Virus record (IMG/VR): IMGVR_UViG_3300011969_000001
Source: a virus
Direction: 5' to 3' (one strand)
DNA length: 51,157 nucleotides
Of the stretch, positions 9,079 through 18,397 are shown one piece after another (position 1 is the first letter of the stretch; each line of letters starts with the position of its first letter). Both the position numbers and the translations under genes were made by a program. The notes beneath the pieces are model-generated. The model made no database searches. It saw only the letters and a list, made by a program, of their open reading frames with translations, and had not been told where the DNA came from.

Positions 9079-11913
9079 GTGTATCAATTCAAGAGCAAAG
9101 ACTTAGAGTTTGGACGTGGCTCATTAGCCGAATTAATCTCATATGACCGATATGCAATCACGAGCAACGACATCTTCAGTGCAAAAATTGGAGATGTCGT
9201 TATTTTTGTCAAAGAAAGAGGTAAAGAAACTCAGCTTGTAGGAACGATCTTGCACCAACTGTCTGAGATAGGATGCTTAGAAGTAGAGGCCCATGATGGA
9301 TCAGGCAAGTACACAGTCCTTTATGAGCATGCCAGACTAGTACAAGAAACAAAACCTAGTCAGATGTGGTCACGATGGGCAGCTGGATCAGCTAGTGTAG
9401 AGACCTTCAATAAGAAGGACATTGAATCTGAGTTTCGTTGGTTGCTTGATGGGTATCGGTACGTGCCAGGGGGACGAATCCAAAATATGCTGGGCCAAGA
9501 GTTTACAGGGTTCCATCTTACAAAATCAAACCTATCTGCTTACAATTGCCTTGTGTTGCCATCTCCTAACTGTAGTGAATTTAACACTCCTTTAGAAAAT
9601 TGGATAGAGATTCTGCATATTGCAAAGAAAGAAGCAAATGCAATGGCTTTTGGGTGTGGATGTGGTCTAAATATCAGCTCCGTTCCAGTGTCAATCCCAG
9701 GTCCAGACAGCTTCTGTGCTCCTACATTCTTCCTACCCAAAACACATTCAGAATATGAGGGTCTAAACTTAGATAATTTCTCGAATGGAATCGTGATTGG
9801 TTGCCCAACAACTCAATTGATTCAAGTAATTAAAGTTGAGGATTCTAGATTCGGAATATTTGATGCCCTCATGGAGATGGTCAAGTTGATCTATGAAGAT
9901 AAGCATGTTCTGGTGGACTTCTCAAACCTAAGGGCAAAAGGTGCATATGTGAAAGGGATCGATGGAACTTCGTCTGGAGCAATCTCTTGGATGAAGCTTT
10001 TTGATTTTGTAGTTGGGTTATTAACAAAGCAAAGTGTAAATGCCGTGGAGATCGGTGAGCTTTATGCTTTGGTGCCACACTTGATCAGTCAGGGGGGCCA
10101 ACGTAGAGGAGCATTGATGTTGGTCATGAACGTGGATCACCCGAACATCCTTGAGTTCATAATGGCAAAACAGACTGCTGGACGGTTAACTGGGGCTAAC
10201 TTATCAGTCAATTTAACAGATGATTTCATGGAGGACGTAGACTTCGGGTATCCCGAAGCAAACGAGCTGTTTGATCAGATTTGTGAGTTGGCCCACAAGT
10301 CAGCCGAGCCTGGGGTCCTCTTTATGGATCGGGCACAGGCACTTTCTAATACCAGCTACTTCGAGGACATTGATGCTGTAAATCCGTGTGCTGAAGAACC
10401 TTTGCCCCCCGATGGGGTCTGTAATTTAGCTCACTTGAACCTCCCAAGATTTCTCTTCAAGCAACAACACAATGGCAAGTGGCAGCTCGACTACACTGCA
10501 CTGAATCGAGCAATCATTGCAGGGGTTCGGTTCAACGACAATATCATCGATTACACCCCTTACTTCGATGAAGATATCAAAGCAGTACAGATGGGTGACC
10601 GAAGGATCGGCATGGGTACGATGGGGCTGGCAACAGTCTTGATCTACATGGAAATAAAATATGGGTCCCTGGAAGCAGAAGAGTTTTCGGAAATGCTGAA
10701 TGGGTTTATTGCTAGAACAGCTTATCAAGCAAGCATTGATCTAGGGAAAGAAAAAGGCAATTTCTCAAATTATGATCCTACTCAAATATCACCTAGTTCG
10801 TTTCTCTGTAAGATCACAAAAGGGATGGGGGGCATTCCACTATCCTTGAGAAATGCAGCTCTTCTCACTCAAGCACCGACTGGATCCACTGGGACGGTGA
10901 TCGACAATTTACCTGACTATGAGTGTGCAACAGGGATTGAACCCTACTATGCATTTGATTATTTCCGTGCAAGTAGAGTTGGAACGACTGTACGACAAGA
11001 GGTTGGCATTGCAAAGAGATGGAGAGCAGAGCATCCAGAAGAAACAGAACTTCCGTCATATTTCGTTGGAGCTAGTGAAATTACACCAAAAGAACATGTT
11101 TTGATGCAAGCTTCGATTCAAAAGTACGTGGATGCAGCTATCTCTAAAACAATCAATATGCCAGCCGATGCCACTGTTGAAGACGTGAAACAGGCTTATC
11201 TTCTAGCCTACGAAACAGGATGCAAAGGAGTCACAGTTTATCGTGATGGTTGTAGGGCAGGGCAAGTGCTGGCAGTGAAAGAAGAAAATGCCAAGCTTGA
11301 AGATCTGACCATGAGTACAGAGGCTCAAGAATATGCAAAGAAGGATGTTGAATTTACTTCTACTGTTGTAAAGCTGATGGAGGAAAATATTGTGAAACTG
11401 ATCGAGACAAAAGAGTTCAAGAAACGTCCAAAAGTGCTGAGAGGATTGACCGTGAAACAAGCAACTCCACTGGGAAAGATGTATGTCACTCTGAACACTT
11501 CGGACGGCATGGACATTGAAGAAGTTTTTGTTCAGCTTGGTCAAGTTGGTTCAGACATTAGAGCAATTGTGGACAGCTTGGGAATCCTCTTAACCCTAAG
11601 TTTATCAGATCGGTTGTCTAGCCTCCCACAAGAACAGAAGCTCAAATGGTTGACTAGCAAGCTGATCGGCATCAAAGGAAGCAATCCTATTGGGTTCGGT
11701 CCAACACGAGTTGACAGTCTGCCGGATGCTATCGGAAAAGTGCTGAAAGATTATTTAGAACAGGATTACATCAAAACTCAGGAAGATCTCGATGCTGAGA
11801 AGGTTGACATAGGAACTGCTGATGATATCTGCCCAGATTGTGGAGCAGCTGCCGTTCGTAGGATTGAAGGCTGTGAAAAATGCACCAACTGTGGAGCAAG
11901 TAAATGTGGGTAA
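9079..11913 (+). CDS. nrdJ: Class II (B12-dependent) ribonucleotide reductase with TSCPD domain
   Basis: QGGQRRGA, NPCAEEPL, VCNLAHL, APTGS, VDAAISKTINMP, CKGVTVYRDG, C-terminal CPDCG...GCEKC..CG.SKCG; no beta-subunit gene nearby. Confidence 0.9.
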   Translation: MYQFKSKDLEFGRGSLAELISYDRYAITSNDIFSAKIGDVVIFVKERGKETQLVGTILHQLSEIGCLEVEAHDGSGKYTVLYEHARLVQETKPSQMWSRWAAGSASVETFNKKDIESEFRWLLDGYRYVPGGRIQNMLGQEFTGFHLTKSNLSAYNCLVLPSPNCSEFNTPLENWIEILHIAKKEANAMAFGCGCGLNISSVPVSIPGPDSFCAPTFFLPKTHSEYEGLNLDNFSNGIVIGCPTTQLIQVIKVEDSRFGIFDALMEMVKLIYEDKHVLVDFSNLRAKGAYVKGIDGTSSGAISWMKLFDFVVGLLTKQSVNAVEIGELYALVPHLISQGGQRRGALMLVMNVDHPNILEFIMAKQTAGRLTGANLSVNLTDDFMEDVDFGYPEANELFDQICELAHKSAEPGVLFMDRAQALSNTSYFEDIDAVNPCAEEPLPPDGVCNLAHLNLPRFLFKQQHNGKWQLDYTALNRAIIAGVRFNDNIIDYTPYFDEDIKAVQMGDRRIGMGTMGLATVLIYMEIKYGSLEAEEFSEMLNGFIARTAYQASIDLGKEKGNFSNYDPTQISPSSFLCKITKGMGGIPLSLRNAALLTQAPTGSTGTVIDNLPDYECATGIEPYYAFDYFRASRVGTTVRQEVGIAKRWRAEHPEETELPSYFVGASEITPKEHVLMQASIQKYVDAAISKTINMPADATVEDVKQAYLLAYETGCKGVTVYRDGCRAGQVLAVKEENAKLEDLTMSTEAQEYAKKDVEFTSTVVKLMEENIVKLIETKEFKKRPKVLRGLTVKQATPLGKMYVTLNTSDGMDIEEVFVQLGQVGSDIRAIVDSLGILLTLSLSDRLSSLPQEQKLKWLTSKLIGIKGSNPIGFGPTRVDSLPDAIGKVLKDYLEQDYIKTQEDLDAEKVDIGTADDICPDCGAAAVRRIEGCEKCTNCGASKCG

Positions 11914-11926
11914 AGGAGGGGTAAAA

Positions 11927-12187
11927 ATGTGTGATTGTGTCGAGCACCTAGAAAGTCTCTGTAAGACTAAATACCTAGAAAATCACCCAAAAGTAGTTGA
12001 CCCATTTGTCGAGTTTGAAAGCAAATCAATTAATCTAACTGATGGGACAGTTAAGTTATGTGCCCCGGTAATCATTCAATACCAAGCTGGTAAACGGGCT
12101 AAGCATGATCGAATTAACATGATGTTTACTTACTGCCCATTTTGTGGGGAAGACCTTAGTAAAAGCAAAAAGGAGGCAACAACATGA
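11927..12187 (+). CDS. Small putative Zn-binding protein
   Basis: N-terminal MCDC and C-terminal YCPFCG; RBS AAGGAGG. Confidence 0.7.
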   Translation: MCDCVEHLESLCKTKYLENHPKVVDPFVEFESKSINLTDGTVKLCAPVIIQYQAGKRAKHDRINMMFTYCPFCGEDLSKSKKEATT

Positions 12188-12450
12188 AGATCGATATTAA
12201 CGAAAAATACCGTATTCAATCGGACAGTGTTCAGATCATGGTGATCCAGAAGGGCATCATTAGGAAAGCTGGGAGTGATAACCTTGGTAAGGAATCAACG
12301 TCCACTCTAGGGTACTTCAGGACGATACAGCAAGCCATTAAATGCATCTTACATCAACAAATATTAGACTCTGATGCAACTACCTTAAAGCAGCTCAGGG
12401 CAGAGATTTTGAGGTTCGAGGCAGAAATAGAGGCTGCTATTAAATTTTAA
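12184..12450 (+). CDS. Hypothetical phage protein (DUF5405-like)
   Basis: INEKYRIQSD...LGYF.T...A...I..Q.I..SDA.TL pattern. Confidence 0.6.
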   Translation: MKIDINEKYRIQSDSVQIMVIQKGIIRKAGSDNLGKESTSTLGYFRTIQQAIKCILHQQILDSDATTLKQLRAEILRFEAEIEAAIKF

Positions 12451-12460
12451 AAAAGAAGGA

Positions 12461-12664
12461 GTGATCTTGATGGCTAGTAATAATAACGGACGTGGAGGTA
12501 TTAGTTTCACAGGCTTGTTGGCAATCGTTTTCATAACCTTGAAGCTGATGAACTATATTCAATGGCCTTGGTTCTGGGTGCTTGCACCCATCTGGGGGAG
12601 TGCAATAATTGTCCTTTTGATAGTGGTTGTGGCAATTATTGTAGCAATTGCTAACGAAGGATAG
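12461..12664 (+). CDS. Small two-TM membrane protein
   Basis: GGISFTGLLAIVFITLKL...WPWFWVLAPIW, two hydrophobic segments. Confidence 0.75.
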   Translation: MILMASNNNGRGGISFTGLLAIVFITLKLMNYIQWPWFWVLAPIWGSAIIVLLIVVVAIIVAIANEG

Positions 12665-12678
12665 GGGGGGGAACTAAG

Positions 12679-13041
12679 ATGAAAACTTGGGAAGTTTACA
12701 AATATGCATTGGAAAATCCGAAGGCTAGATTTAAAAAGGCTACTAGTGAGTTAATTTATTTCTTTAAAAATGGAGAACCAACATTCATTGATAAATATGG
12801 TACAACGTCAAGCTCATATGACTTAATTCAACTTAACGATCATGAGTGGGAAATAGTCGAAGAGCCAGTCTCCTGGCAAGAAGCTATGCAAGCTTGGATT
12901 GAGGATAAAAACATTCGGATTGAGTATGGGGGAGAAACGTATAAACAGAGTCATGCCAACAAGCTAGGGTGTTTTAAGGGTAATGAAAAGGGATTTCCAC
13001 ACTCATTTTTCAGAACAGGGAAATGGTACATTGAATCGTAG
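12679..13041 (+). CDS. Hypothetical protein
   Basis: G-rich RBS; 120 aa, possibly two similar modules (VSWQEAMQAW). Confidence 0.7.
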   Translation: MKTWEVYKYALENPKARFKKATSELIYFFKNGEPTFIDKYGTTSSSYDLIQLNDHEWEIVEEPVSWQEAMQAWIEDKNIRIEYGGETYKQSHANKLGCFKGNEKGFPHSFFRTGKWYIES

Positions 13042-13053
13042 GAGTTGAACGTA

Positions 13054-13579
13054 ATGAAGCACTACAAATTCTTAATGAAAGATAAATTCGATGGCAGCTT
13101 AAGTGAGGGTAAAGTAAGTGCCCCCACCTTGGCAGGAAGCCTGGTCTAAGCTTTCTCCTTTAATGATAGGAAACAAAATTCTAGACATTGACGATCTTGA
13201 CGATGCAGATGAAATGGAAGAGGAGGAACAATCAAACATGTCTATCTTACATCTAGTTAAGCCAGGGGAACAGCCTCCTGAGGTAGTTGAAGAGACTGAA
13301 CAAATGTACAAAATTACTTTTGCATTCCTTGCTGGCAACCCAATGACCGTACTAGCCAATGAAGAACTGAAGCAAGACATAAGCAGTTGGTTTAACGGCT
13401 TAGATGAGGAAGAGATCACATGCACCCTCAATGTTTCTGGCATAACAGTGTGCTTGGATCGAATGTTTGTTGGAGCACTTTTCATAGCAAAATTTGATGG
13501 GGAGGATGAAGAAGATGTTAGTACCATTGAAACCGACAGTACAGTTACAGAAGGGGCCAATGCCGATGGAAATTTATGA
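13054..13579 (+). CDS. Hypothetical protein with a +1 frameshift at about 13121-13130
   Basis: RBS AGGAG + ATG 13054 gives MKHYKFLMKDKFDGSLSEGKVSAP, which joins the 13118 ORF (WQEAWSKL...) if one base is removed. Confidence 0.6.
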
Positions 13580-14336
13580 TGGATATCGGAAAGTAACTAA
13601 TGAAGAGTTCGACCAGATCTACTCAGGTGAAATTGACAGTCCTATAAATGAATATCTGATCAAAGGGGAAGAGGTGTTTCGTGCAGACGGATCTCCTCTT
13701 TCTTTTCACTTGTGCAAAGGTTTTAAACCTAAGAATTTGGAGCAGAGAATTGCATTTGATCTATTAGATAACGACAACATTCCAATCAAGTTTTTGTACG
13801 GAATTGCCGGTTCAGGGAAGACCAAAGCTGCCCTCCAATATGGATTAATGAAGGTCAGTCAGTACAAGTACGATGGGCTGTTTGTAGTGAGGCATCCGAT
13901 CTCTGTCGGTGAGACGTTGGGACTCTACTCAGGGAACAAAGATGACAAAATGAAGAATTGGATCAACCCGATCATCGACAATTTATCGGGTGGGGATGTA
14001 ACTCTAGATGCCTTGCTGGGGCAGGGGAAATTGCATTTCGATGTCCCAGGTGACATGCAAGGTCGGGACTTAAAAAACCTATTCATCGTGATTGACGAAG
14101 CACAGCAATTGTCCCGAGAGCAAGTCAAAATGCTTGGCTCACGAGTGTCTTCTGGATCTGTGATCGTGTTCTGTGGAGACGTTGACCAGACTTTTGACAA
14201 TCGATTTAAAGGGGACAAGAATGGCCTTTCCTTTGCTATCAATGAGCTGAAGAATGAGCCTGAAGTTGGTATCGTCCATCTCACAAAATCCGTCAGAGGT
14301 CGTGTGGCAGAACTGTTTGCTAGTCTGAGAGTTTAA
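13560..14336 (+). CDS. phoH: PhoH-family ATPase
   Basis: GIAGSGKT Walker A, MQGRDL, IVIDEAQQL, GDVDQ, LTKSVRGRVAE. Confidence 0.9.
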   Translation: MPMEIYDGYRKVTNEEFDQIYSGEIDSPINEYLIKGEEVFRADGSPLSFHLCKGFKPKNLEQRIAFDLLDNDNIPIKFLYGIAGSGKTKAALQYGLMKVSQYKYDGLFVVRHPISVGETLGLYSGNKDDKMKNWINPIIDNLSGGDVTLDALLGQGKLHFDVPGDMQGRDLKNLFIVIDEAQQLSREQVKMLGSRVSSGSVIVFCGDVDQTFDNRFKGDKNGLSFAINELKNEPEVGIVHLTKSVRGRVAELFASLRV

Positions 14337-14356
14337 AAAAAGAGGAGGAAAATTAA

Positions 14357-14509
14357 ATGGAAATGATCATATCGTTATTAATCTACTTGTTAGCTTCAGC
14401 AGCCTTGGTCTCCGTGGGAAGCATCTTCGGACTGGTAATCAACATCTTCCAGGCCTTTGCAGTTTGGGTAGTCTTTTCACTAATAATTCATATTGCAAAA
14501 AACTTTTAA
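14357..14509 (+). CDS. Small membrane protein (50 aa, not in ORF track)
   Basis: RBS GAGGAGG; MEMIISLLIYLLASAALVSVGSIFG... strongly hydrophobic. Confidence 0.65.
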   Translation: MEMIISLLIYLLASAALVSVGSIFGLVINIFQAFAVWVVFSLIIHIAKNF

Positions 14510-14515
14510 AAGTGA

Positions 14516-14552
14516 GTGACAATCGATCAAAGTGAGGTAATGGTTCGGTGTA
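14516..14552 (+). promoter_or_regulatory. Phage-specific bipartite promoter-like motif, copy 3
   Basis: GTGACAAT (14516-14523)-N15-AATGGTTCGGTGTA (14539-14552), before dUTPase. Confidence 0.8.
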
Positions 14553-14558
14553 GAGAGG

Positions 14559-14595
14559 ATTCGGGTGGGACTGTTAATTCAGTTTCCACCCGAAT
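14559..14595 (+). other. Stable hairpin in the dUTPase leader
   Basis: ATTCGGGTGG (14559-14568) pairs with CCACCCGAAT (14586-14595); followed by ATTTT. Confidence 0.7.
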
Positions 14596-14635
14596 ATTTT
14601 AATTCCAATTATTTTAATTTGAGGAGGAAACAAGA

Positions 14636-15061
14636 GTGAATGTTGTACGAATTAAGCTGTTGAACGAAAAAGCCGTAATACCGACTTATGCCGATCCAGG
14701 TGCCTCAGGGTTTGACTTCTACTCCACATCAGAATTAATACTCCCAGTCAATAGTTCAGGAATTGTAGGCACCGGAATTTCCTTTCAAATCCCCTTCGGG
14801 TACGAAATTCAAGTAAGAGGGAGATCAGGAATGGCATTCATAAATGATATCCTTGCCCACTTTGGAACAATCGATGAGAGTTACCGAGGGGAAGTCAAAA
14901 TCAAACTTTGGAATTTAGGAAACGAGCCATTCCCGATCAAGGTCGGACAACGAGTTGCACAAGGAGTGCTTGCCCCAGTAGAACGAGCAATCTTCTTAGA
15001 AGCTTTTGATCTAAGCAACACACAGAGAGGAATTGGTGGAATTGGCAGTAGTGGAGAATAA
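14636..15061 (+). CDS. dut: Trimeric dUTPase
   Basis: ASGFDF, RGRSG, GTIDESYRGE, RVAQGV, RGIGGIGSSG motifs. Confidence 0.95.
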   Translation: MNVVRIKLLNEKAVIPTYADPGASGFDFYSTSELILPVNSSGIVGTGISFQIPFGYEIQVRGRSGMAFINDILAHFGTIDESYRGEVKIKLWNLGNEPFPIKVGQRVAQGVLAPVERAIFLEAFDLSNTQRGIGGIGSSGE

Positions 15062-15323
15062 GCTTGAGGATTTCCTAGACCTTAACATTGAAGATGATGC
15101 CGAAATTGTAGACATTCTTCATTATAGGAAACCTGTGGTATCTGCCTTGGACTTGGGTGCAGTATTTGAGTTTGTTAAGGAATGGAACGAATCCTACTGT
15201 GAGGAAAACAATCTTTGCCCAGAGTGCCGTTCACCTCTAATTAACAATTTCACTATGGAAGAGTACTGGGGATCGATGATAAGAGTGCCGGACGGAACGA
15301 GCTGTATTAACGGTTGTTGCTAA
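15033..15323 (+). CDS. Hypothetical protein with Zn ribbon
   Basis: CPECR...C...C; start codon uncertain. Confidence 0.6.
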   Translation: MVELAVVENKLEDFLDLNIEDDAEIVDILHYRKPVVSALDLGAVFEFVKEWNESYCEENNLCPECRSPLINNFTMEEYWGSMIRVPDGTSCINGCC

Positions 15324-15357
15324 AACGAAATGAATAAATGAAAGGTGGAAAATAACA

Positions 15358-17322
15358 ATGGAAAAATTATTTACTAAATCCTATGCAGAGGCTCAGATCA
15401 GAAATTTGGAGGCAATGATTAATGCCAGCATGGACGAACTTGACTTCTTTGTAGGCCTGTTGGAAATGATGATTGAAGCTCCTGGGGTTGAAAAGACCAA
15501 GCAAGAACTTCTCGAGGATGAACTAGCAGAATTGATTGAACATAGTGGGGCTGCAGTTAGCTTTGTTACGGATGACAATATAACAATAGCCGTGTTAACC
15601 GAAAAGGAAGGCAGCCCTTTCTACCCTTTAGTTGGCATTGCCAAGTGTGACCCTACGGATGAATTTAACCAAACAGTTGGAAGCCTCATTGCACTCAAAA
15701 GAGCATTAGGCATGCACATTGATCCTAGCCAGTACGGTGAGGAAAAGGTTGTGATAAAGGAAGTTGCTCCAGACTGTGATACTTGCAAATCCCTGAAACT
15801 AGACGTTGATCAATTCCCTTGTAACCTCTGCACAATTATGAACTCAGGCTGGCAAGAACAAGGTGATGACTTTGATCGTGAAACTGAACCTGAGGTTGAG
15901 GTTGAAGAATTGATCGAGAAGGATTGTGACAATTGTAAGCACGAAGATGTGGATCTTTTTCAATCTCCTTGCTCTAGGTGTAATTCCAACTACTCTCTTT
16001 GGGAAGATCCAAAAGAGGTAGAAGTTGAGAAGGGTTGCTACAATTGTTCATTTAAAGATCTTTCAGTGCTCAAATCTCCTTGCAGTGTGTGTTGTGATTT
16101 ACGAGGATATGCTCTCTGGTTAGCAGAAGGGGAAGCCATTGAGCCTGTACCTGAAGTAGAGCCTGTGCCTGAAAAAGACTGTGATAATTGTAAACATATC
16201 AAGTTAACTGGTTGGGAAGCCCCTTGCTCCTCCTGCATTGGATCTACTTACCCTGGCTGGGAAGCACAAGAGGAACCTACGGAAATTGAAGATGAGGACG
16301 ATGAGCACTTTTGTTCCGAGTGTAAGCATGCAGCCGTGCCTGTGCTAAGTTTTCCATGCATTGATTGCCACAGGAATGCTAATTGGGAACAGCCTGAAGA
16401 AGCTGTAGAAGAAAAAGTTGTGGTTAAGGTTGAAGTTGAGATTGAGAAACATTGCATGAACTGCCTCTTTAAAGACTTTTCAGGGCACGAAGAGCCTTGT
16501 AATGATTGTGACTCTAACTATTCTTGCTGGGTGCCAGAGGGGAAACCTGTTGAGAAAATAGACGATGAAGGCACTATAGACAATGTTGAAGCTCCAAAGG
16601 TAGATTGCAACACATGCAAAAATGATCATACTCCTGTTCACCAAGCTCCTTGCCGAGAATGCCTACAGAGCACTAGTGGAGAGCCAATCCTCTGGGAAGC
16701 AATTGAAGCAAAAGAAGCTAATCCTTACACTGAAGTAGATGGTTTCGGGCTGTGTCATACCTGTAAATATGATGCAGATTATAAGAATGATGTTATAGAA
16801 ACCTGTGAAGTTTGTCTTATGAGGAACTTAAGTGGAGAAAATTGGGCACCAATTGAAGAGCAAAAAGAGAAAGTTGCTCTTACTACTCAAGTTGGGCATG
16901 GAGAGTGCTTCTATTGCAAAGATTACCATACCAGTATGGAAAACACTCCTTGTGATAAATGTACCCATATAGAAAATGGAAAAACTGATTCTTGGGTTTC
17001 TAAGGAAGTCCCTGAAGAAGAAGAAGCTCCTAAAGTAGAAAAAGTTGACTACACGGATATGAAATATTATGGTAGTTGCTCTCAATGTAAGCATTTTTTG
17101 GTCGATGAGGAAACTGCTCCCTGTAATGATTGTGAACACATTGCAAATGGAGATACAGATTCTTGGAGACCAGAGGTGGAAAAGCCCGACTTCTCTAATT
17201 GTTCTGGGTATGGTCGTTGCTCTAGTTGTGAGCATGATCTGCTCCATCAAAGTGCTGCCCCTTGTAATGGTTGTGTGCATATAGACGAGGGAGACGATGA
17301 TGCTTGGAAGCCTTCCGTATGA
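15358..17322 (+). CDS. Large acidic protein with 11 CxxC-x11-PCxxC-W repeats
   Basis: Repeats counted by eye; N-terminal GIAKCDPTDEFNQTVGSLIALKRAL module. Confidence 0.85.
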   Translation: MEKLFTKSYAEAQIRNLEAMINASMDELDFFVGLLEMMIEAPGVEKTKQELLEDELAELIEHSGAAVSFVTDDNITIAVLTEKEGSPFYPLVGIAKCDPTDEFNQTVGSLIALKRALGMHIDPSQYGEEKVVIKEVAPDCDTCKSLKLDVDQFPCNLCTIMNSGWQEQGDDFDRETEPEVEVEELIEKDCDNCKHEDVDLFQSPCSRCNSNYSLWEDPKEVEVEKGCYNCSFKDLSVLKSPCSVCCDLRGYALWLAEGEAIEPVPEVEPVPEKDCDNCKHIKLTGWEAPCSSCIGSTYPGWEAQEEPTEIEDEDDEHFCSECKHAAVPVLSFPCIDCHRNANWEQPEEAVEEKVVVKVEVEIEKHCMNCLFKDFSGHEEPCNDCDSNYSCWVPEGKPVEKIDDEGTIDNVEAPKVDCNTCKNDHTPVHQAPCRECLQSTSGEPILWEAIEAKEANPYTEVDGFGLCHTCKYDADYKNDVIETCEVCLMRNLSGENWAPIEEQKEKVALTTQVGHGECFYCKDYHTSMENTPCDKCTHIENGKTDSWVSKEVPEEEEAPKVEKVDYTDMKYYGSCSQCKHFLVDEETAPCNDCEHIANGDTDSWRPEVEKPDFSNCSGYGRCSSCEHDLLHQSAAPCNGCVHIDEGDDDAWKPSV

Positions 17323-17801
17323 AAGCTGGAGATGTATTGCTATTCATTGGGGGAAACGACTTAATCGATGAGGGCATACGGCTTGAAGAAGGGTCAAAGT
17401 TCACTCATGCTGCCCTTGCAATTAGTGAGACGGAATTTGTAGAAGCATGGTGGACTGGAGTGAGAAGGAGAAGCATCTTAGAATACAACAATGTTTGTGT
17501 ATTCACTCCAATCCCCCCTTTAAGTGTAATTCAACAGGTTGAAATCATCGGGTATGCACTGGGAAAGATCGGGGAGGAATACAACTTCCTTCAATTACTA
17601 GGGTTCTTAATCGAGAAGATCATGCACATCAAGTATAATCCTTTCAGATCTAAGCATAAGACAATCTGTAGTCAACTAGTAGTGCAAGCTTACTTCGATG
17701 CACTCGGAATTGAGTTATTGCCCGACATGGAAACTTACAGTGCTGCCCCAAGTGATCTAGCAAACTCTGAACTACTAAGACAGGAGGATTTGAACGTATG
17801 A
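17319..17801 (+). CDS. Permuted papain-like NlpC/P60 (YiiX/YebB-like) protein
   Basis: GDVLL...FTHAAL...VEAW...Y...ICSQLV (His before Cys). Confidence 0.75.
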   Translation: MKAGDVLLFIGGNDLIDEGIRLEEGSKFTHAALAISETEFVEAWWTGVRRRSILEYNNVCVFTPIPPLSVIQQVEIIGYALGKIGEEYNFLQLLGFLIEKIMHIKYNPFRSKHKTICSQLVVQAYFDALGIELLPDMETYSAAPSDLANSELLRQEDLNV

Positions 17802-18397
17802 ACGTAATTATGATTGACCATAATGCCCAAGGCATGGAAACTATGATTGCTTCTCTAGGTATATGCAGAGGAAACGACTGCACATTAAAAACCTTGGAAG
17901 GTGCATTGGTTGCAAAGCCTGTGCCCCATATGAGTGTGCTGGAGTTCGGTTGGGCTTGCTTAAAGGTAGAAGGAGTCAGTGTGAAAACTAGACTTCAGGT
18001 ATTAAGGAGTAGAATGTTCAGCACGATGGAACGTAGTACACGAGCAATTGACATGAGTGAAGCTGAATGCATTACTCCAAAAACAACTATGCTTTACCCT
18101 AAATATGATAGGGCTTACGTTAAAGCTTTTAATGAGTATGAATCTTTAATCAAGATCGATTCCTTAGAAGATGCTTCCTATATGCTTCCCTTAGCAACAG
18201 AAACAGAGTTCTTCTTAGCTGGCAATATACGTGTATGGTATGAATATTTTCAGAAACGTCTTTGCAAGAAGCACGTTCAAGATGAGCATTACCGTCTTGC
18301 ACTGAGAATGTGGCAAGTTTTATGTTTAGCCTTCCCGATACTACATTCAGCACATCCTTGTGACAATTGTGGAGCTTGCAAGGTCGTGACTAAATGA
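17798..18397 (+). CDS. thyX: Flavin-dependent thymidylate synthase-like protein (divergent)
   Basis: HMSVLEF, R.R-x7-S (RSRMFSTMERS), ASYMLPLATETE, NIRVWYEYFQKRL..H.Q.E...LA. Confidence 0.75.
   Translation: MNVIMIDHNAQGMETMIASLGICRGNDCTLKTLEGALVAKPVPHMSVLEFGWACLKVEGVSVKTRLQVLRSRMFSTMERSTRAIDMSEAECITPKTTMLYPKYDRAYVKAFNEYESLIKIDSLEDASYMLPLATETEFFLAGNIRVWYEYFQKRLCKKHVQDEHYRLALRMWQVLCLAFPILHSAHPCDNCGACKVVTK

Noticed and set aside
11927-12187. Tad1/Acb2-like sponge
   Set aside because: MCDC...CPFCG does not match the Tad1 pattern; left as Zn-binding hypothetical
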